From positions 1,216,001 through 1,280,000 of the forward strand of contig CAVXLD010000001.1 of the NCBI GenBank assembly GCA_963762565.1: a stretch of DNA of 64,000 nucleotides. Direction: 5' to 3'. The stretch comes from an uncultured Verrucomicrobiae bacterium. GTDB taxonomy: Bacteria; Verrucomicrobiota; Verrucomicrobiia; Chthoniobacterales; JAFAMB01. A program made the translations under genes and the position numbers. Below are positions 63,067-64,000 of the stretch, in pieces. The notes under the pieces were generated by a model. It saw nothing but the letters and a program-made list of their open reading frames with translations. It was not told the DNA's origin and did not search any database. Each line of letters opens with the position of its first letter. The stretch's first letter is position 1.

Positions 63067-64000
63067 GGGCCAGGGGCTGCGCGGTCACGGCAGAGATTAC
63101 TCAGCGTTTTTGTGCCAGCTGCGCTCATCGCGTCCATTCTCCTCACCGCCTGGTTCTTCCTGCCGTGTCCACCGCTTCTGGACGATGTCCCGTTCTCGGC
63201 CATTGCTCGCGACCGAAACGGCGCTCTGATGCGACTGAATACGGCCTCTGATCAACGGTATCGGCTGCGAGTTAGTCTAAGCGAGATCCCACGGGATTTA
63301 GTACTGGCGGTCACTACACAGGAAGACCGTCACTATCGGTCTCACTTTGGCATTGATTTCGAGGCCCTTCTCCGAGCAACCATCGATTTTGTCCAAGGCC
63401 ATCCTCGGTCCGGAGCTTCCACATTAACCATGCAGGTCGCTCGTTTACGCTTTCATCTTCACACCAGAAGTGTCCTCGGGAAATTAGTCCAGATCTATCG
63501 AGCGTTGGAGATCGAGCGGCACTATTCAAAGGACCAGATCTTAGAAGCTTATTTTAACCTGGCTCCGTACGGCAGAAATATTGAAGGGATCGGCGCCGCC
63601 AGCTTGATCTACTTCAATAGGAGCGCGGCTAAACTGAGTCGCCAAGAAATTTTGGCGTTGGCAGTTCTCCCTCAATCTCCATCTAAACGCACCCCAAAAG
63701 ATGGTTTGGAGCCGGGCGCTCTAACCCAGGCGCGTAGCCGGTTAAACCAGCTGCTTTGGAAGGATCCCCTGGCTGATCTTCCACTCCACTATCGCCAGCT
63801 CAAAGACTTACCCTATCTAGCGCCGCATTTGGTTCAAAGAGTGTTAAAGAATCAAGAGGGCGAAACTCGTTTAACTGTCGATGCCGGGATTCAACGGGTG
63901 GCTGTGGATGAAATCCAACGTTTTCTAGCCAGCCGCCAATCGAGCGGGCTGAACAATGCGGCTTGTTTACTGGTTGATACCCGATCCATGGATGTGCTCG
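63001..64000 (+). CDS. pbpC: Penicillin-binding protein 1C, N-terminal part; runs off the window edge
   Basis: Manual translation: TM, ARDRNGALMRL..ASDQRYRL, EDRHYRSHFGID, GASTLTMQVARL, YSKDQILEAYFNLAPYGRNIEG; follows the A2M gene; start uncertain. Confidence 0.93.
   Translation, partial: MNPRHDKHVARFTTDRGDAIPPGPGAARSRQRLLSVFVPAALIASILLTAWFFLPCPPLLDDVPFSAIARDRNGALMRLNTASDQRYRLRVSLSEIPRDLVLAVTTQEDRHYRSHFGIDFEALLRATIDFVQGHPRSGASTLTMQVARLRFHLHTRSVLGKLVQIYRALEIERHYSKDQILEAYFNLAPYGRNIEGIGAASLIYFNRSAAKLSRQEILALAVLPQSPSKRTPKDGLEPGALTQARSRLNQLLWKDPLADLPLHYRQLKDLPYLAPHLVQRVLKNQEGETRLTVDAGIQRVAVDEIQRFLASRQSSGLNNAACLLVDTRSMDVL

Overview
Bacterial chromosomal segment (about 55-58% GC by eye). Gene content and protein families suggest a soil Verrucomicrobiota (Chthoniobacterales-like) genome; this is an inference. 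The left part (about 1-27.8 kb) is accessory: two tandem RND permeases with one adaptor, a PNGase A-family amidase, a YciI/CMD pair, an MFS-pstS unit, a BNR beta-propeller with a ThiS/MoaD partner, GH133 and GH63 glucosidases, a phosphoesterase, and TIGR03118 and YVTN propellers. Many genes between 4 and 18 kb are frameshifted. The middle is core housekeeping: tyrA-aroA-cmk-plsC, rpmH-rnpA-yidD-yidC-jag, tyrS, and sahR divergent from metK-ahcY. The right part holds ftsH, an ECF sigma plus a Ser/Thr kinase carrying two PEGA-FGE modules, and a divergent alpha-2-macroglobulin-pbpC operon. I saw no rRNA, tRNA, CRISPR array, transposase, integrase or reverse transcriptase. The most unusual signal is non-coding. 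Most larger intergenic gaps hold palindromic elements: (i) four GTRG-capped 'split-REP' doublets, in which each REP hairpin is interrupted by a sequence-variable insert of nearly fixed length (68-72 nt); (ii) four asymmetric GGAG REP doublets of 121-126 bp, one sitting in the 5' end of pbpC; (iii) long GTAG-capped hairpins; (iv) inverted pairs of 7- and 9-mer tandem repeats. Candidate regulatory sites (SahR operator, Pho-like boxes, ECF41/ECF42-like promoters) and an unannotated 37-aa ORF with its own terminator were also found.
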